A DNA stretch of 64,000 nucleotides from Lysobacteraceae bacterium (GCA_034376725.1 JAXMJH010000002.1:12541-76540), one strand, 5' to 3'; shown: positions 45,299 through 57,881, numbered from the stretch's first letter. Program-made: numbers and translations. The notes: generated by a model not told the origin, from the sequence alone.

Positions 45299-46333
45299 AT
45301 GGACGAAAACAGAAAACGCGCGCTGTCCGCAGCCCTGGGCCAGATCGAGAAACAATTCGGCAAGGGTGCCGTGATGCGCATGGGTGACCGCAGCGCCGAG
45401 CCGGCCGAGGTCTACGGCACCGGTTCGCTGATGCTGGACATCGCGCTGGGTATCGGTGGTCTGCCGCGTGGCCGGGTCATCGAAATCTACGGCCCGGAGT
45501 CCTCCGGCAAGACCACCCTGACCCTGCAGGTCATCGCCGAGTGCCAGAAAGTGGGTGGCACCGCCGCGTTCGTCGACGCCGAGCACGCGCTCGATCCGAT
45601 CTACGCGCAGAAGCTGGGCGTCAAGGTCGAGGATCTGCTGGTCAGCCAGCCCGATACCGGCGAGCAGGCCCTGGAAATCACCGACATGCTGGTCCGTTCC
45701 GGCGGCGTGGATGTGGTGGTCATCGACTCGGTGGCCGCGCTGACGCCGCGCGCGGAGATCGAGGGCGAGATGGGCGAGTTGCAGGTCGGCCTTCAGGCCC
45801 GGCTGATGAGTCAGGCGCTGCGCAAGCTTACCGGCAACATCAAGCGCAGCAATTGCATGGTCATCTTCATCAACCAGTTGCGCATGAAGATCGGCATGAT
45901 GATGCCTGGCCAGAACCCGGAGACCACCACCGGCGGCAATGCGCTCAAGTTCTACGCGTCGGTGCGCCTGGATATTCGCCGGATCGGCGCGATCAAGAAG
46001 GGCGACGAGATCATCGGCAACCAAACCAAGATCAAGGTGGCGAAAAACAAGATGGCGCCACCGTTCAAGGTCATCGTCACGGAAATCCTGTACGGCGAGG
46101 GCATCTCGCGTGAGGGCGAATTGATCGACATGGGCGTGGCCGCCAAGCTGGTGGAGAAATCCGGCGCCTGGTACAGCTACGGCGAAGAACGAATCGGCCA
46201 GGGCAAGGAAAATGCGCGCCAGTGGCTGAAGGACAACCCGGCCGCAGCCGCCGAGCTGGAAGCCAAGCTGCGCGAGAAGTTCGTACCTCAGCTGGAGATC
46301 GGGCCTGCCGAAACCGATGAGGTCGAGGCCTGA
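45299..46333 (+). CDS. recA: recombinase RecA
   Basis: [30 protein letters not shown] and Walker [10 protein letters not shown]. Confidence 0.97.
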   Translation: MDENRKRALSAALGQIEKQFGKGAVMRMGDRSAEPAEVYGTGSLMLDIALGIGGLPRGRVIEIYGPESSGKTTLTLQVIAECQKVGGTAAFVDAEHALDPIYAQKLGVKVEDLLVSQPDTGEQALEITDMLVRSGGVDVVVIDSVAALTPRAEIEGEMGELQVGLQARLMSQALRKLTGNIKRSNCMVIFINQLRMKIGMMMPGQNPETTTGGNALKFYASVRLDIRRIGAIKKGDEIIGNQTKIKVAKNKMAPPFKVIVTEILYGEGISREGELIDMGVAAKLVEKSGAWYSYGEERIGQGKENARQWLKDNPAAAAELEAKLREKFVPQLEIGPAETDEVEA

Positions 46334-46820
46334 GTTGTCCGATGACCGGCCCCGTCGCCGGCCTGCCAAGCCGGCGGCAGATGCCTACCAGCAGGCGCTC
46401 GGCCTGCTGGTGCGGCGCGAGCGCTCGCGCGCCGAGTTGAGCCGCAAGCTGCGTGAGCGCGGCGTCGATCCGGCCGAAGCGGATGCGACCATCGACCGGC
46501 TGTCCGGTCAGGGTTACCAGGACGACGACCGTTTCGCGGGCGCCTTGGCCCGGACCCGCGCAGCGGCCGGCTACGGGCCGCAGCGGATCCGCATGGAGCT
46601 CAATCAGCACGGAATTCGAGGTCAGGCGCAGGACGCTGCGCTGGACACCTGCGAAGTCGATTGGTCGGCTTCGGCGCTCGATCTGCTGACCCGGCGCTAC
46701 AGCCCGGCCCAACTCGATGACCGCGCGGTACGGCACAAGGCGCTCGCCCTGCTGCTTCGTCGCGGATTCGATCAGGAAACCGCGTACGCCGCGATCGATT
46801 CGCTTCGACGCGGGGGCTAG
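46317..46820 (+). CDS. recX: recombination regulator RecX
   Basis: [28 protein letters not shown]...GYQDDDRFA repeats, immediately after recA. The start is uncertain: the ATG at 46317 overlaps recA by 17 nt, and an in-frame TTG at 46335 is an alternative. Confidence 0.85.
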   Translation: MRSRPELSDDRPRRRPAKPAADAYQQALGLLVRRERSRAELSRKLRERGVDPAEADATIDRLSGQGYQDDDRFAGALARTRAAAGYGPQRIRMELNQHGIRGQAQDAALDTCEVDWSASALDLLTRRYSPAQLDDRAVRHKALALLLRRGFDQETAYAAIDSLRRGG

Positions 46821-47097
46821 CAATCTTTCCGGCCTTGGCGCTCGATTTTCCCCGGCGAACCGTCGCATCCGGCTGGTCCGGAAATCGTTGCCGCCGGGTA
46901 GTCGATAAGGCGTGTCGGTGTCCGGCGTCCGCCTGCGGTTACGGCGCGCGGGTTGCGTCCCTGTTACTCTTTGCCTCCCGATCGGCGCCGCTGGCCTGTC
47001 CTGTTCCTTGTCTGCACTTTGACGGGGGACGCGGCTGGCTGCCCGGAGCACCGTCTCGTTCCGACAGAATTCGTATCCTGCTAGTCAAACCGGCCCA

Positions 47098-49746
47098 ATG
47101 AAAACCAGCAACCAGATTCGCGCGGATTTTCTCGACTATTTCCGACGCAACGGCCACGAAGTGGTCGCTTCGAGTTCCCTCGTGCCGGGCAACGACCCGA
47201 CCCTGCTGTTCACCAATGCCGGCATGGTGCAGTTCAAGGATGTGTTTCTCGGTGCCGAAAAGCGATCGTATGTGCGAGCGGTAACGTCGCAGCGCTGCGT
47301 GCGTGCCGGCGGCAAGCACAACGATCTCGACCAGGTCGGTTACACCGCGCGTCATCACACGTTTTTCGAGATGCTGGGCAACTTCAGCTTCGGCGACTAC
47401 TTCAAGCGCGATGCCATCCGGTTCGCCTGGGAGCTGTTGACTGAAGTCTGGGGAATCCCGGCCGACAAGCTCCTGGTCACCATCTACCATACCGACGACG
47501 AAGCCTTCGATCTCTGGCATCGGCAGATCGGGCTGCCGGTCGAGCGGATCATCCGGATTGGAGACAACAAGGGCGCGCCCTATGCCAGCGACAACTTCTG
47601 GCAGATGGCTGATACCGGCCCGTGCGGCCCGTGCACCGAAATTTTCTACGATCACGGCCCGCACATTGCCGGAGGCCCGCCCGGATCGCCGGACGAAGAT
47701 GGCGATCGGTTCATCGAAATCTGGAATCTGGTGTTCATGCAGTTCGACCGGCAGTCCGACGGCAGCCTGTTGCCGCTGCCGGCACCCTGCGTTGACACCG
47801 GCATGGGTCTTGAGCGCCTGGCAGCCGTGCTCCAGCATGTCCATTCGAACTACGAGATCGATCTGTTCTCCTATCTCATCAAGGCCGCCGCGCGGATCGC
47901 CGGCAGCGAGGACCTCGACAACAAGTCGCTGCGGGTGATCGCCGATCACATTCGCGCCTGCGCCTTTCTGATCGTCGATGGCGTACTGCCGTCGAACGAA
48001 GGCCGCGGCTATGTGCTGCGTCGGATCATCCGGCGAGCGGTCAGGCACATCTGGAAGCTCGGTGCGCTCGCTTCGGAGGGTGCATTCTGGAAAATGGTGT
48101 CACCCCTGGTCGCGCAGATGGGCGAGGCCTATCCCGAACTGGCACGCGGCCAGGCCCGGGTGGAACAGGTCATCAAGTCCGAAGAGGCCGCTTTCGCCCA
48201 GACACTGGATGCCGGAATGCAGCGGCTCGGCGGACTGCTCGACAAGTCCGGCGACGTGCTGGACGGCGAGGCGTTGTTCCAGCTCCACGATACGTTCGGC
48301 TGTCCGCCGGATCTGATCCTCGACATCCTGCGCGAGCGCGGGGCGACGCTGGCTGACGACGCCATGACCGTCTACCAGCGATCGATGAACGAACAGCGTG
48401 AGCGTGCGCGTTCGGCGAGCCGGTTCACCGGGGGCAGCAGCCTGCCGGGCGAATGGGTTGCCCGGCTGGAGCCAACCCGGTTCGAGGGCTACGACGCGCT
48501 CGCCTCGAGCGGCTGCCGGGTGGTGGTACTGATGAAAAACGGCGCGCCGGTCGAGTCGCTGATCGCTGGTGATGAGGGCGCAGTGATCCTCGATCGCACG
48601 CCGTTCTACGCCGAGTCCGGTGGACAGGTCGGCGATGTGGGGCAGCTGTGCGGCGAGTCGGCGCGCTTCGAGGTTTCTGACACCCAGAAAGTCTCTGCGG
48701 TATTTCACGGCCATTTCGGGCGGCTGCTGGAGGGCGCGATTGCGCTTGGCGATCTGCTCGATGCGCGAGTGGAAGGCGATTGCCGGGCGGCGACTGTCCT
48801 CAACCACTCCGCCACCCATCTGCTGCACGCGGCCCTGCGAGCGCAACTGGGCGAGCACGTTCAGCAGAAGGGCTCGCTGGTGGCGCCGGATCGGCTGCGG
48901 TTCGATTTTTCGCATTTCGAGCCGATCCGGCGCGAGCAGCTGGCGCGCATCGAAGAAATGGTGAATGCGGAAATCCGTCGCAACGAACAGGCCGAAGTGC
49001 ACCAGATGTCGATGCAGGAAGCGCTCGATTTTGGCGCGCTGGCCCTGTTCGGCGAAAAATACGGCGAGCGGGTGCGTGTGCTGCGCATGGGCTCGTTCTC
49101 GACCGAGCTTTGCGGCGGTACCCATGTGCGCCGCACCGGCGATATCGGCGTATTCAAGATCGTGTCCGAGAGCGGCATCTCGGCAGGCGTGAGGCGTATC
49201 GAAGCGGTTACCGGCCAGCGGGCGCTGGACCATATTGCCGACCAAGAGCGCGCGCTGGATCAGGTCGCCAGCCTGCTTGGTGCCGGCCGCAGCGATGCTG
49301 CCGAGCGGCTGGCCCAACTCATCGAGCGGCAGAAGAAGCTGGAGCGCGAACTGGAAGCGTTCAGGGCGCGGGCGACTGCCGGAGCCAGTGCCGATCTGGC
49401 CGCCGAAGCGACCGATGTCGACGGGATCAAAGTGATCGCCGCTCGGGTGGAGGGCATGGCCGCTAAAGATCTGCGCGAGGCGGTCGATAACCTCAAGAAC
49501 CGGCTCGGTGACGCGGTAATCATTCTCGCCGCTGTAGTTGACGGCAAAGCGTCGCTGGTCTCGGGGGTCTCGGGTGTTGCGTTGAAGTCGATCAAAGCGG
49601 GCGACCTGCTTTCGCACGTCGCCGCGCAGATTGGCGGCAAGGGCGGCGGTCGCGCCGACCTCGCCCAGGGCGGCGGGCCCGATGGCCCGGCGCTGGCCGC
49701 CGCGCTTTCCGAGGTTGCCTCGTGGGTGTCTGAACGCGTGCAGTGA
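47098..49746 (+). CDS. alaS: alanine--tRNA ligase
   Basis: 882 aa. [20 protein letters not shown]...[13 protein letters not shown]...WNLVFMQF. Confidence 0.97.
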   Translation: MKTSNQIRADFLDYFRRNGHEVVASSSLVPGNDPTLLFTNAGMVQFKDVFLGAEKRSYVRAVTSQRCVRAGGKHNDLDQVGYTARHHTFFEMLGNFSFGDYFKRDAIRFAWELLTEVWGIPADKLLVTIYHTDDEAFDLWHRQIGLPVERIIRIGDNKGAPYASDNFWQMADTGPCGPCTEIFYDHGPHIAGGPPGSPDEDGDRFIEIWNLVFMQFDRQSDGSLLPLPAPCVDTGMGLERLAAVLQHVHSNYEIDLFSYLIKAAARIAGSEDLDNKSLRVIADHIRACAFLIVDGVLPSNEGRGYVLRRIIRRAVRHIWKLGALASEGAFWKMVSPLVAQMGEAYPELARGQARVEQVIKSEEAAFAQTLDAGMQRLGGLLDKSGDVLDGEALFQLHDTFGCPPDLILDILRERGATLADDAMTVYQRSMNEQRERARSASRFTGGSSLPGEWVARLEPTRFEGYDALASSGCRVVVLMKNGAPVESLIAGDEGAVILDRTPFYAESGGQVGDVGQLCGESARFEVSDTQKVSAVFHGHFGRLLEGAIALGDLLDARVEGDCRAATVLNHSATHLLHAALRAQLGEHVQQKGSLVAPDRLRFDFSHFEPIRREQLARIEEMVNAEIRRNEQAEVHQMSMQEALDFGALALFGEKYGERVRVLRMGSFSTELCGGTHVRRTGDIGVFKIVSESGISAGVRRIEAVTGQRALDHIADQERALDQVASLLGAGRSDAAERLAQLIERQKKLERELEAFRARATAGASADLAAEATDVDGIKVIAARVEGMAAKDLREAVDNLKNRLGDAVIILAAVVDGKASLVSGVSGVALKSIKAGDLLSHVAAQIGGKGGGRADLAQGGGPDGPALAAALSEVASWVSERVQ

Positions 49747-49888
49747 GACCAATGTCATTGCGTCCAGGTGTCCCGCTTGGCTACCATCCGGGCCAGGGGC
49801 GTGAAAAAGGGCGAACTGCCAAGCCGGCGGTTCGCGAAATCAAGGACACAACCCGGTTCAAGGATGCCCGGGCCAGGAGGATCGCGCT

Positions 49889-50095
49889 ATGTTGATATTG
49901 ACTCGCCGAGTTGGCGAAACCCTGATGATCGGTGACTCGGTGACCGTGACGGTGCTCGGGGTGAAGGGAAATCAGGTGCGGATAGGCATCACCGCTCCGA
50001 AAGACGTTGCAGTGCATCGTGAAGAGATCTACCAACGCATCCACCGGGGCGAATCGCCTCCGGCCGACAAGGGCACGCACGAACCGCCGGAGTGA
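49889..50095 (+). CDS. csrA: carbon storage regulator CsrA/RsmA
   Basis: [48 protein letters not shown]. Confidence 0.97.
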   Translation: MLILTRRVGETLMIGDSVTVTVLGVKGNQVRIGITAPKDVAVHREEIYQRIHRGESPPADKGTHEPPE

Positions 50096-50168
50096 GTGAG
50101 CGGTTCGTGGTTGCTCTGAGGTTGCTTTGCCGGTAATCTGCGTGGCTGCGTTGCAGTGCACACGTTTT

Positions 50169-50261
50169 GGAGAGATGCCCGAGTGGCTGAAGGGGCTCCC
50201 CTGCTAAGGGAGTATAGGGTTTATAGCCTTATCGAGGGTTCGAATCCCTCTCTCTCCGCCA
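50169..50261 (+). tRNA. tRNA-Ser (anticodon GCT)
   Basis: Acceptor GGAGAGA/TCTCTCC, anticodon arm CTCCC-CTGCTAA-GGGAG, long variable arm, T-arm GAGGG-TTCGAAT-CCCTC, encoded CCA. Confidence 0.9.
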
Positions 50262-50301
50262 GACACACGAAGGGGCCCCCAGCGGGCCCCTTCGTGTGTC
50301 T
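50261..50301 (+). terminator. 18-bp perfect hairpin directly after tRNA-Ser (terminator or processing structure)
   Basis: AGACACACGAAGGGGCCC-CCAGC-GGGCCCCTTCGTGTGTCT. There is no T-run after it. Confidence 0.5.
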
Positions 50302-50431
50302 GGCTCCCTGCGATGCGCGTCGAACGGTTCGGTTGGACGGATGTTCCGTCGTTCCGCGCGGGCGGGACCGGCGTGGGTGGGTCAGGGCGAAGACCGTCCG
50401 CCATCATCGATCGAAAAGGCAGATTTGCTCG

Positions 50432-50460
50432 TTGACGCGGAGCGGGAGTCTGGCCATAAT
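50432..50460 (+). promoter_or_regulatory. sigma70-type promoter for the downstream tRNA array
   Basis: TTGACG - 17 nt - CATAAT, followed by a GC-rich discriminator GTTGCGC, 12 nt before tRNA-Arg. Confidence 0.6.
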
Positions 50461-50472
50461 GTTGCGCTCAGC

Positions 50473-50549
50473 GCGCCCGTAGCTCAGTTGGATAGAGTAC
50501 CAGGCTACGAACTTGGTGGTCGGGAGTTCGAATCTCTCCGGGCGCGCCA
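50473..50549 (+). tRNA. tRNA-Arg (anticodon ACG)
   Basis: GCGCCCGTAGCTCAGTTGGATAGAG..., anticodon loop CTACGAA, T-loop TTCGAAT, encoded CCA. Confidence 0.9.
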
Positions 50550-50676
50550 TTTACAAGGAGAGGGCCGGCCAGGCGTCGGCCCTTTCGTTTTTCCGGTTTT
50601 CGTTGACGGCCTCGCGGTCGGGTTTTACCATTTGTACGATTCGAGATTGGCGCTGCATGGCCTCGGTCATCTCCGC

Positions 50677-50753
50677 CGGGGTATAGCTCAGCCTGGTAGA
50701 GCGCCAGCTTTGGGAGCTGGATGTCGTGGGTTCGAATCCCTCTGCCCCGACCA
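50677..50753 (+). tRNA. tRNA-Pro (anticodon TGG)
   Basis: CGGGGTATAGCTCAGCCTGGTAGAGC, anticodon arm CCAGC-TTTGGGA-GCTGG, encoded CCA. Confidence 0.9.
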
Positions 50754-50822
50754 ATCCCGCTGCCAGGGCGCGAAGGGTGGATATGCGCGCTGCGTCGGGC
50801 GCGGGTATCATGTCCGGCCGTT

Positions 50823-50899
50823 GCGCCCGTAGCTCAACCGGATAGAGCACCGGCCTTCTAAGCCGACGGTTACAGGTTCGAGTCCTGTCGGGCGCGCCA
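50823..50899 (+). tRNA. tRNA-Arg (anticodon TCT)
   Basis: GCGCCCGTAGCTCAACCGGATAGAGC, anticodon loop CTTCTAA, T-loop TTCGAGT, encoded CCA. Confidence 0.85.
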
Positions 50900-50959
50900 C
50901 CCGCTCAGGGGTAAAGGCAGGCGGCGCTACAGGGAGGCGTGACCGGACAAAGCGTTTAT

Positions 50960-51037
50960 GGTGGATGTAGCTCAGTTGGTTAGAGCACTGGATTGTGATT
51001 CCAGATGTCGCGGGTTCGAGTCCCGTCTTCCACCCCA
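50960..51037 (+). tRNA. tRNA-His (anticodon GTG, encoded G-1)
   Basis: G-GTGGATGTAGCTCAGTTGGTTAGAGC, anticodon arm CTGGA-TTGTGAT-TCCAG, encoded CCA. Confidence 0.9.
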
Positions 51038-51101
51038 CTCACAGGATGCGGCACAATACCCCGCTTCCAAGGACATCCGCCAAGGCGGTTGAGGTTGTCA
51101 G

Positions 51102-51177
<76 letters not shown>

Positions 51178-51214
51178 TCCTCACCTTGAAAACACCCCAT
51201 CCGACCTTGACAGG

Positions 51215-51299
51215 GCGAAAGTGGCGGAACTGGTAGACGCGCTGGATTTAGGTTCCAGTGGGGCAACCCGTGAGAGTTCGAGTCTCTCCTTTCGCACCA
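51215..51299 (+). tRNA. tRNA-Leu (anticodon TAG)
   Basis: GCGAAAGTGGCGGAACTGGTAGACGC, anticodon arm CTGGA-TTTAGGT-TCCAG, long variable arm, encoded CCA. Confidence 0.9.
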
Positions 51300-51376
51300 T
51301 CGGCTTTCATGGTCGGCCGGATCGCCCGGAATCGGGCTTCGACTCAACAGCAGGTGCGATCGTGGCAGGAGAAAAC

Positions 51377-52684
51377 ATGCAGGTTTCAGTTGAAAGCGTC
51401 GGCGCGCTCGAGCGCAAGTTGACCGTGAGTGTTCCCACCGACCGACTCGACAGCGTGGTCAGCGCGAAGGTGGGCGAGTTGACCCGCACCGCACAGATCA
51501 AGGGCTTCCGTCGAGGCAAGGTGCCGCGTCGGGTGATCGAACAGCGCTATGGTCAACAGATTCGCAACGAAGCGATGTCCGACCTGCTCGGCAGCACTTT
51601 CGACCAGGCCCTGCGCGAGCAGAGCCTGCGTCCGGCCGGCGCGCCCAGCATCAAGACCGTGGACGATGCCGCCGAAGGCGAAATTCAGTACGTCGCCACC
51701 TTCGAGGTGCTTCCCGACTTCGGCGAAATCGATGTCTCCGATCTGGCGATCACCCGCTACACCTCGACCGTCGAAGACACCGACATCGACGCGATGATCG
51801 AAACCCTCCGGGCGCAGCGCCGCGGTTGGCGCAAGGTCGAGCGGCCGGCCGCCGAAGGCGATGCCGTGGCGATCGAGTCGCATTCGGTGATCGACGGTGT
51901 GCGCAAGCCGGCCGAAGGCGTCGAGCGCGGCGCGGTGATTCTCGGCGCCGAAGGCATGCTGCCCCAGGTTGGCGAAGCGCTGATCGGTAAGAGCGCCGGC
52001 GACGATGTCGAGATCGACACTGTGTACCCCGACAACTGGCGGGTTCAGGACGTGGCCGGCAAGTCGGCCCATATCAGCGTCCGCGTGGTCGGAGTCTCCG
52101 AACCGCACGTGCCCGAGGTCGACGCCGAGTTCATCGCCAGTTTCGGCATCGCCGAGGGCGACGTCGAACGTTTCCGCGCCGAAGTGCGTGCCAATCTCGA
52201 GCGCGAACTGAAGTCGGCGCTGCTGGCGCGTCTGCGCAACCAGGTCGCCGAGAAGATATTCGAGCGCTACGGCGAGCACGATCTGCCCAAAGGGATGATC
52301 GAGGCCGAGGCGAAAGAGCTTGCCCGGCGCACCCAGGCGCAGGCCGAGGAGCAGGGCCAGAAAGACATCGCGATTTCGCCGGAGGCGTTCCAGGCATCCG
52401 GTCGGCGCCGGGTTGCGGTGGGGCTGGTGCTTTCCGAGCTGGCCCGCCAGAAGAGCATCCGGCTCGATCCGCAGCGGGTGAATCAATCGCTGATGAGCAT
52501 CGCCTCCACCTACGAGGAGCCGGAGCAGGTGGTCGAGCTGTATCGCTCCGATGAGCGGCTGCTGGAAGGTCTGCGGGCCAGCGTTCTCGAGGAACAGGTC
52601 ATGGAGTGGATCGCCGATCACGCCACGGTTTCGGAAGAAGCGCTGCCGTTCAGCGACGCGATGCAGTCCTCACGTGCCGGCTGA
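51377..52684 (+). CDS. tig: trigger factor
   Basis: Start trimmed to MQVSVESVGALERKLTVSVP (GGAG 8 nt upstream). The upstream part of the track ORF is read-through of tRNA-Leu. Confidence 0.95.
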   Translation: MQVSVESVGALERKLTVSVPTDRLDSVVSAKVGELTRTAQIKGFRRGKVPRRVIEQRYGQQIRNEAMSDLLGSTFDQALREQSLRPAGAPSIKTVDDAAEGEIQYVATFEVLPDFGEIDVSDLAITRYTSTVEDTDIDAMIETLRAQRRGWRKVERPAAEGDAVAIESHSVIDGVRKPAEGVERGAVILGAEGMLPQVGEALIGKSAGDDVEIDTVYPDNWRVQDVAGKSAHISVRVVGVSEPHVPEVDAEFIASFGIAEGDVERFRAEVRANLERELKSALLARLRNQVAEKIFERYGEHDLPKGMIEAEAKELARRTQAQAEEQGQKDIAISPEAFQASGRRRVAVGLVLSELARQKSIRLDPQRVNQSLMSIASTYEEPEQVVELYRSDERLLEGLRASVLEEQVMEWIADHATVSEEALPFSDAMQSSRAG

Positions 52685-52711
52685 TACGGTATCCTGAACG
52701 ATCAACGGCAG

Positions 52712-53368
52712 ATGGAGCAGCGAATGAGCAGCACGACCTCGGGGCGTTTCGACACCCAGGCCCTGAATCTGGTGCCGATCGTGGTCGAGCAGACCGCGCG
52801 TGGCGAACGGTCCTACGACATCTATTCGCGTCTGCTCAAGGAGCGGGTGATTTTTCTCGTCGGCCCGGTCGAGGACCACGTCGCCAACGTGATCATCGCC
52901 CAGTTGTTGTTCCTGGAGGCCGATAACCCCGAGAAGGACATCAGCCTGTACATCAATTCTCCCGGCGGTCTGGTGACTGCCGGTCTGGCGATCTACGACA
53001 CCATGCAGTTCGTTCGCCCCGACGTGAGCACCATCTGCGTGGGTCAGGCGGCCAGCATGGGAGCGTTGCTGCTGGCGGCCGGTGCCGCCGGTAAGCGCCA
53101 CTCGCTGCCCAACTCACGGGTGATGATCCATCAGCCGCTGGGCGGCTTTCAGGGCCAGGCCAGCGATATCGACATTCACGCGCGAGAGATACTCACCATG
53201 CGCGATACGCTCAATCAGATACTGGCCAAGCACACCGGCCAGCCGATCGAGCAGATCGCCAAGGACACCGACCGCGACAACTTCAAGAATGCGATCCAGG
53301 CCCGGGAATACGGCCTGATCGACCACGTCCTCGATCGTCGCGGCGACGAGACCATCCAGCCCGGTTGA
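52712..53368 (+). CDS. clpP: ATP-dependent Clp protease proteolytic subunit
   Basis: [30 protein letters not shown]...[14 protein letters not shown] (catalytic Ser)...MIHQP. An alternative ATG lies at 52724. Confidence 0.95.
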   Translation: MEQRMSSTTSGRFDTQALNLVPIVVEQTARGERSYDIYSRLLKERVIFLVGPVEDHVANVIIAQLLFLEADNPEKDISLYINSPGGLVTAGLAIYDTMQFVRPDVSTICVGQAASMGALLLAAGAAGKRHSLPNSRVMIHQPLGGFQGQASDIDIHAREILTMRDTLNQILAKHTGQPIEQIAKDTDRDNFKNAIQAREYGLIDHVLDRRGDETIQPG

Positions 53369-53485
53369 TCGGGTCCGGAAAGCGGCCCCAGAGGCCGGTC
53401 ACAGCTCCGAGCGGGGGTGAACGCATCCCCCTGCCGGGCTGTGCTATTCTCCGATCAGACCGACCCCAGAACAGGCAATGCCAGC

Positions 53486-54766
53486 ATGTCCGATAGCCAG
53501 GGCCGATCCCCCGACAGCGGAAAAATTCTTTACTGCTCCTTCTGTGGCAAGAGCCAGCATGAAGTGCGCAAGCTCATCGCCGGGCCCAGCGTGTTCATCT
53601 GCGATGAATGCGTGGAACTGTGCAATGACATCATCCGCGAGGAGCTTGAGGAAAAAGCCCAGGCGGCGCGCAGCCACCTGCCCAAGCCGCGCGAGATCAT
53701 GGATGTGCTCGACCAGTACGTCATCGGCCAGCGGCGGGCCAAAAAGACGCTTTCGGTGGCGGTTTACAACCACTACAAGCGCATGGAAAGCCGCCAGAAG
53801 AACGACGATGTCGAGCTGGCCAAATCCAATATCCTGCTGATCGGGCCGACCGGCTCGGGCAAGACGCTGCTGGCGGAGACGCTGGCGCGGCTGCTCAACG
53901 TCCCGTTCACCATCGCCGACGCAACCACGCTGACCGAGGCCGGCTACGTCGGTGAGGACGTGGAAAACATCATCCAGAAGCTGTTGCAGAACTGCGACTA
54001 CGATGTCGAGAAGGCCCAGTCGGGCATCGTCTACATCGACGAGATCGACAAGATTTCCCGCAAGGCCGAGAATCCCTCGATCACCCGCGACGTGTCGGGC
54101 GAGGGCGTTCAGCAGGCGCTGCTCAAGCTGATCGAGGGAACGGTCGCCTCGGTGCCGCCTCAGGGTGGCCGCAAGCATCCCCAGCAGGAATTCCTGCAGG
54201 TCGATACCCGCAACATCCTGTTCATCTGCGGCGGCGCGTTCGCCGGGCTCGAGAAAGTCATCGAACAGCGCAGCACCGATGCCGGTGGCATCGGTTTCGG
54301 GGCCAAGGTGAAGAGCAAGACCCGAAAGACCGAGATCGGCAAGGTGCTGGCAGCGGTCGAGCCGGAGGACCTGATCAAGTTCGGGTTGATCCCGGAGTTC
54401 GTCGGTCGCCTGCCAGTCGTGGCCACGCTGGAGGAGCTTGATGAGGCGGCCTTGGTGCAGATCCTCACCGAGCCCAAGAACGCCGTTACCAAGCAGTTCA
54501 AGAAGCTGTTCGAGATGGAAGGCGTGGATCTGGAAATCCGCGCCGACGCCCTGGCGGCGATCGCTCAGAAGGCCCTCAAGCGAAAGACCGGCGCCCGCGG
54601 CCTGCGCACGATCCTGGAGGGCGTGCTGCTGGACACCATGTTCGAGCTTCCCTCGCTTGAGAATGTCAGCAAGGTCGTGGTCGACGACTCGGTGATCAGC
54701 AACCAGGCCGAGCCGTACCTGATCTATTCCGGCGTTCAGGCTCCGCCCAAGGCTGCGGCGGAGTAG
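53486..54766 (+). CDS. clpX: ATP-dependent Clp protease ATP-binding subunit ClpX
   Basis: Start trimmed to MSDSQGR. Zinc finger [26 protein letters not shown] and Walker A GPTGSGKT. Confidence 0.97.
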   Translation: MSDSQGRSPDSGKILYCSFCGKSQHEVRKLIAGPSVFICDECVELCNDIIREELEEKAQAARSHLPKPREIMDVLDQYVIGQRRAKKTLSVAVYNHYKRMESRQKNDDVELAKSNILLIGPTGSGKTLLAETLARLLNVPFTIADATTLTEAGYVGEDVENIIQKLLQNCDYDVEKAQSGIVYIDEIDKISRKAENPSITRDVSGEGVQQALLKLIEGTVASVPPQGGRKHPQQEFLQVDTRNILFICGGAFAGLEKVIEQRSTDAGGIGFGAKVKSKTRKTEIGKVLAAVEPEDLIKFGLIPEFVGRLPVVATLEELDEAALVQILTEPKNAVTKQFKKLFEMEGVDLEIRADALAAIAQKALKRKTGARGLRTILEGVLLDTMFELPSLENVSKVVVDDSVISNQAEPYLIYSGVQAPPKAAAE

Positions 54767-54835
54767 CACAGCGCTACGCAAGTCACTGATCCTGATGCCC
54801 CGCAGCTTGCATCGCGCGGGGCGACTCGACTCTTG

Positions 54836-54864
54836 CTTGCATCCTGGCGGGAGAGCCCCCATAA
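54836..54864 (+). promoter_or_regulatory. sigma32-type heat-shock promoter of lon
   Basis: CTTGCAT - 14 nt - CCCCATAA, about 50 nt upstream of the lon ATG. Confidence 0.5.
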
Positions 54865-54916
54865 ACTAGGCTGGAGCGGCCCGCCCGGGCTGCCAAGGTT
54901 CGTTTGGAGCTCTACG

Positions 54917-57358
54917 ATGGTCACCACTCCCCAGACGTCTATGACGCTGCCGGTTCTTCCGCTGCGCGATGTCGTGGTTTATCCCCACATGGTCATCCCG
55001 CTGTTCGTGGGTCGCGAAAAATCCATTCGTGCGCTCGATGCAGTCATCGAGGCGGACAAGCGCATCATTCTCGTTGCCCAGATCAGCCCCGATGTCGACG
55101 ATCCGGGTGCCGACGATCTCTACCGCGTGGGCACGGTTGCCCAGGTGCTTCAGCTGCTCAAGCTCCCGGACGGCACCACCAAGGTGCTGGTCGAGGGCGA
55201 GCAACGCGTGGTGATCAGTCGTCTCCAGGACGAGGATGGCGCGCTGTCCGCGCGGGCCGAACTGGCGGCGACCGACTCGAAGGTCGAGGCGCGCGAACTG
55301 GAAGCCACTGCCCGGACCCTGCTCGGCCTGTTCGAGCAGTACGTCAAGATGAACCGGAAACTGCCGCCCGAGCTGCTGACCACGCTGTCTGGCATCGACG
55401 ATCCGGACCGCCTTGCCGACACCATCGCCGCGCACCTGGGCGTGCGCCTTGCGGACAAGCAGAAACTGCTGGAGACGCTGGACACTGCGGCGCGTCTGGA
55501 ACTGCTGATCGGCCTGGTCGACGGCGAACTCGACGTGCAGCAGATGGAGAAGCGGATCCGCGGGCGGGTCAAGTCGCAGATGGAGAAGAGTCAGCGGGAG
55601 TATTACCTCAACGAGCAGATGAAGGCGATCCAGCGCGAGCTGGGTGAGGGCGAGGATGCGCCGAACGAACTCGAGGAGCTGGCCAAGAAGATCGCCGAGG
55701 CCGGCATGCCCAAGGTGGTCGAAACCAAGGCCCGGGCCGAGCTCAACAAACTCAAGCAAATGCCGCCGATGTCGGCCGAGGCGACCGTGGTGCGCAACTA
55801 CGTCGACTGGCTGGTCGGCGTCCCGTGGAAGAAGCGCTCCAAGGTCCGCAAGGATCTGCGCGCAGCCCAGGAAGTGCTGGATGCCGATCACTACGGTCTG
55901 GAAAAGGTGAAGGAGCGCATCCTCGAGTACCTGGCCGTGCAGACCCGGGTCAAGCAGATGAAGGGCCCGATTCTGTGCCTGGTCGGGCCTCCGGGCGTCG
56001 GCAAGACCTCGCTGGGCCAGAGCATCGCGCGTGCGACCAACCGCAAGTTCGTTCGGATGAGCCTCGGTGGCGTGCGCGACGAAGCGGAGATCCGCGGTCA
56101 TCGGCGAACCTACATCGGCTCTATGCCGGGCCGCATCGTGCAGAACCTGAGCAAGATCGGTGCGCGCAATCCGCTGATGATGCTCGATGAGATCGACAAG
56201 ATGAGCATGGACTTCCGCGGCGATCCGTCGTCGGCGCTGCTCGAAGTGCTCGATCCCGAGCAGAACCATACCTTCAACGACCATTACCTCGAGGTCGATC
56301 TGGATCTTTCCGAGGTGATGTTCGTCGCGACCGCCAATACGCTGAACATTCCGGGACCGCTGCTCGATCGGATGGAGGTGATCCGCATTCCGGGCTACAC
56401 CGAGGAAGAGAAACTCAATATCGCCGAGCGTTACCTGGTGCCCAAGCAGATCAAGGCCAATGGTCTCGTTGCGGAGGAGCTGCGCATAACCGAAGGCGCG
56501 CTGCGCGACATCGTGCGTTATTACACGCGCGAGTCGGGCGTACGCAACCTGGAGCGGGAGATCGCCAAGATCTGCCGGAAGGTGGTCAAGGAGATTGCCC
56601 TGGCCGGCCCGCGCGCGTCCAAGGGCAAGGGCCGGGCCAAGCCAGTGCAGGTGAGTCCGAAGAATCTGTCGAAATACCTGGGCGTGCAGCGCTTCGATTT
56701 CGGCCGGGCCGAAAAGGCCAATGAGATCGGTCTGGTGACCGGCCTGGCCTGGACCGAAGTCGGCGGCGATCTACTGCAAATCGAAGCCACTTTGTTGCCG
56801 GGCAAGGGAACGCTCACGCTCACCGGAAAGCTGGGAGATGTGATGCAGGAGAGCGCAAAGGCGGCGCTGTCGGTGGTCCGTGCCCGCGCTCAGGCGCTGG
56901 GGCTGGATGCCGATTTCCACAAGTCGAACGATATTCACGTCCATGTGCCCGAGGGCGCCACGCCAAAGGACGGACCGAGTGCAGGCATCGCAATGGTGAC
57001 CGCCCTGGTCTCGGTCCTGTCCCGGGTGCCGGTCCGCGCGAACGTCGCAATGACCGGAGAGATCACGCTTCGTGGCCGCGTTCTGCCGATTGGCGGATTG
57101 AAGGAAAAGCTGCTGGCAGCTTTGCGTGGCGGTATCGACACGGTAATCATCCCCGAGGAAAACCGGAAGGATCTCGTCGACTTGCCGAAGACTCTTGTCG
57201 AGAACCTTGAGATCATTCCGGTTCGGTGGATCGATCAGGTGCTGGACATCGCACTGGAGAGCGCGTTGACGCCGGGCTCGCAAAAGGAAGAGCTGCCGAC
57301 GACGACGAAGGCTGCCGTCGCAACTGAAGACAGCGAAACCCCGGCACACCGACACTGA
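54917..57358 (+). CDS. lon: endopeptidase La (Lon protease)
   Basis: Start trimmed to [33 protein letters not shown] (GGAG upstream). Walker [10 protein letters not shown] and catalytic [11 protein letters not shown]. Confidence 0.97.
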   Translation: MVTTPQTSMTLPVLPLRDVVVYPHMVIPLFVGREKSIRALDAVIEADKRIILVAQISPDVDDPGADDLYRVGTVAQVLQLLKLPDGTTKVLVEGEQRVVISRLQDEDGALSARAELAATDSKVEARELEATARTLLGLFEQYVKMNRKLPPELLTTLSGIDDPDRLADTIAAHLGVRLADKQKLLETLDTAARLELLIGLVDGELDVQQMEKRIRGRVKSQMEKSQREYYLNEQMKAIQRELGEGEDAPNELEELAKKIAEAGMPKVVETKARAELNKLKQMPPMSAEATVVRNYVDWLVGVPWKKRSKVRKDLRAAQEVLDADHYGLEKVKERILEYLAVQTRVKQMKGPILCLVGPPGVGKTSLGQSIARATNRKFVRMSLGGVRDEAEIRGHRRTYIGSMPGRIVQNLSKIGARNPLMMLDEIDKMSMDFRGDPSSALLEVLDPEQNHTFNDHYLEVDLDLSEVMFVATANTLNIPGPLLDRMEVIRIPGYTEEEKLNIAERYLVPKQIKANGLVAEELRITEGALRDIVRYYTRESGVRNLEREIAKICRKVVKEIALAGPRASKGKGRAKPVQVSPKNLSKYLGVQRFDFGRAEKANEIGLVTGLAWTEVGGDLLQIEATLLPGKGTLTLTGKLGDVMQESAKAALSVVRARAQALGLDADFHKSNDIHVHVPEGATPKDGPSAGIAMVTALVSVLSRVPVRANVAMTGEITLRGRVLPIGGLKEKLLAALRGGIDTVIIPEENRKDLVDLPKTLVENLEIIPVRWIDQVLDIALESALTPGSQKEELPTTTKAAVATEDSETPAHRH

Positions 57359-57382
57359 ATCCGGCGAATTGTCAAGTGATCC

Positions 57383-57406
57383 GCCATGCCCTGCGGGGCA
57401 TGGCGA
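57383..57406 (+). terminator. hairpin after lon (possible terminator, no U-tract)
   Basis: CGCCATGCCC-TGCG-GGGCATGGCG, 25 nt after the lon stop. Confidence 0.4.
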
Positions 57407-57443
57407 GAGCCCGGAAAGGCGCATGATTACTGGCTGTTTCGTG

Positions 57444-57472
57444 TTGCGCCTTGCGCGGTGCGCTGGTATAAA
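57444..57472 (+). promoter_or_regulatory. candidate sigma70 promoter of hupB
   Basis: TTGCGC - 17 nt - TATAAA, about 135 nt upstream of the hupB ATG. Confidence 0.4.
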
Positions 57473-57608
57473 ACCCGCAGGCGCGCTGCATGTATCCTCT
57501 TCCATCGGCGTGACCCAGGTCGATCGTCCGTTGCCACTGTTCCAACGCGCAGCGGGTCGATTGAAAACGGGATTGCGGGGAAACCTTGCTCATAGGGAGT
57601 CACAGTAA

Positions 57609-57881
57609 ATGAATAAATCTGAATTGATCGATGCCGTCGCCGCCGCCTCCGACCTGTCCAAAGCGGATTCCGGTCGTGCCATTGACGCATTCGTGGAAGT
57701 GGTCAAGAAGGCGCTCAAGAAGAACGACACCGTCACCATGGTGGGCTTCGGCACGTTCCAGGTGCGCAAGCGCGCAGCTCGCACCGGCCGCAATCCGCGC
57801 ACCGGCGACACCATCAAGATCAAAGCCTCGAAAGTTCCAGGCTTCAAGGCTGGCAAAGGCCTCAAGGATGCTGTAAACTGA
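57609..57881 (+). CDS. hupB: DNA-binding protein HU-beta
   Basis: [29 protein letters not shown]...[30 protein letters not shown]. Confidence 0.97.
   Translation: MNKSELIDAVAAASDLSKADSGRAIDAFVEVVKKALKKNDTVTMVGFGTFQVRKRAARTGRNPRTGDTIKIKASKVPGFKAGKGLKDAVN

Noticed and set aside
54797-54822. GCCCCGC-N12-GCGGGGC hairpin after clpX as a terminator
   Set aside because: The stem is short (7 bp) with a 12-nt loop and no T-run. It may attenuate clpX-lon read-through, but the evidence is too thin to annotate.
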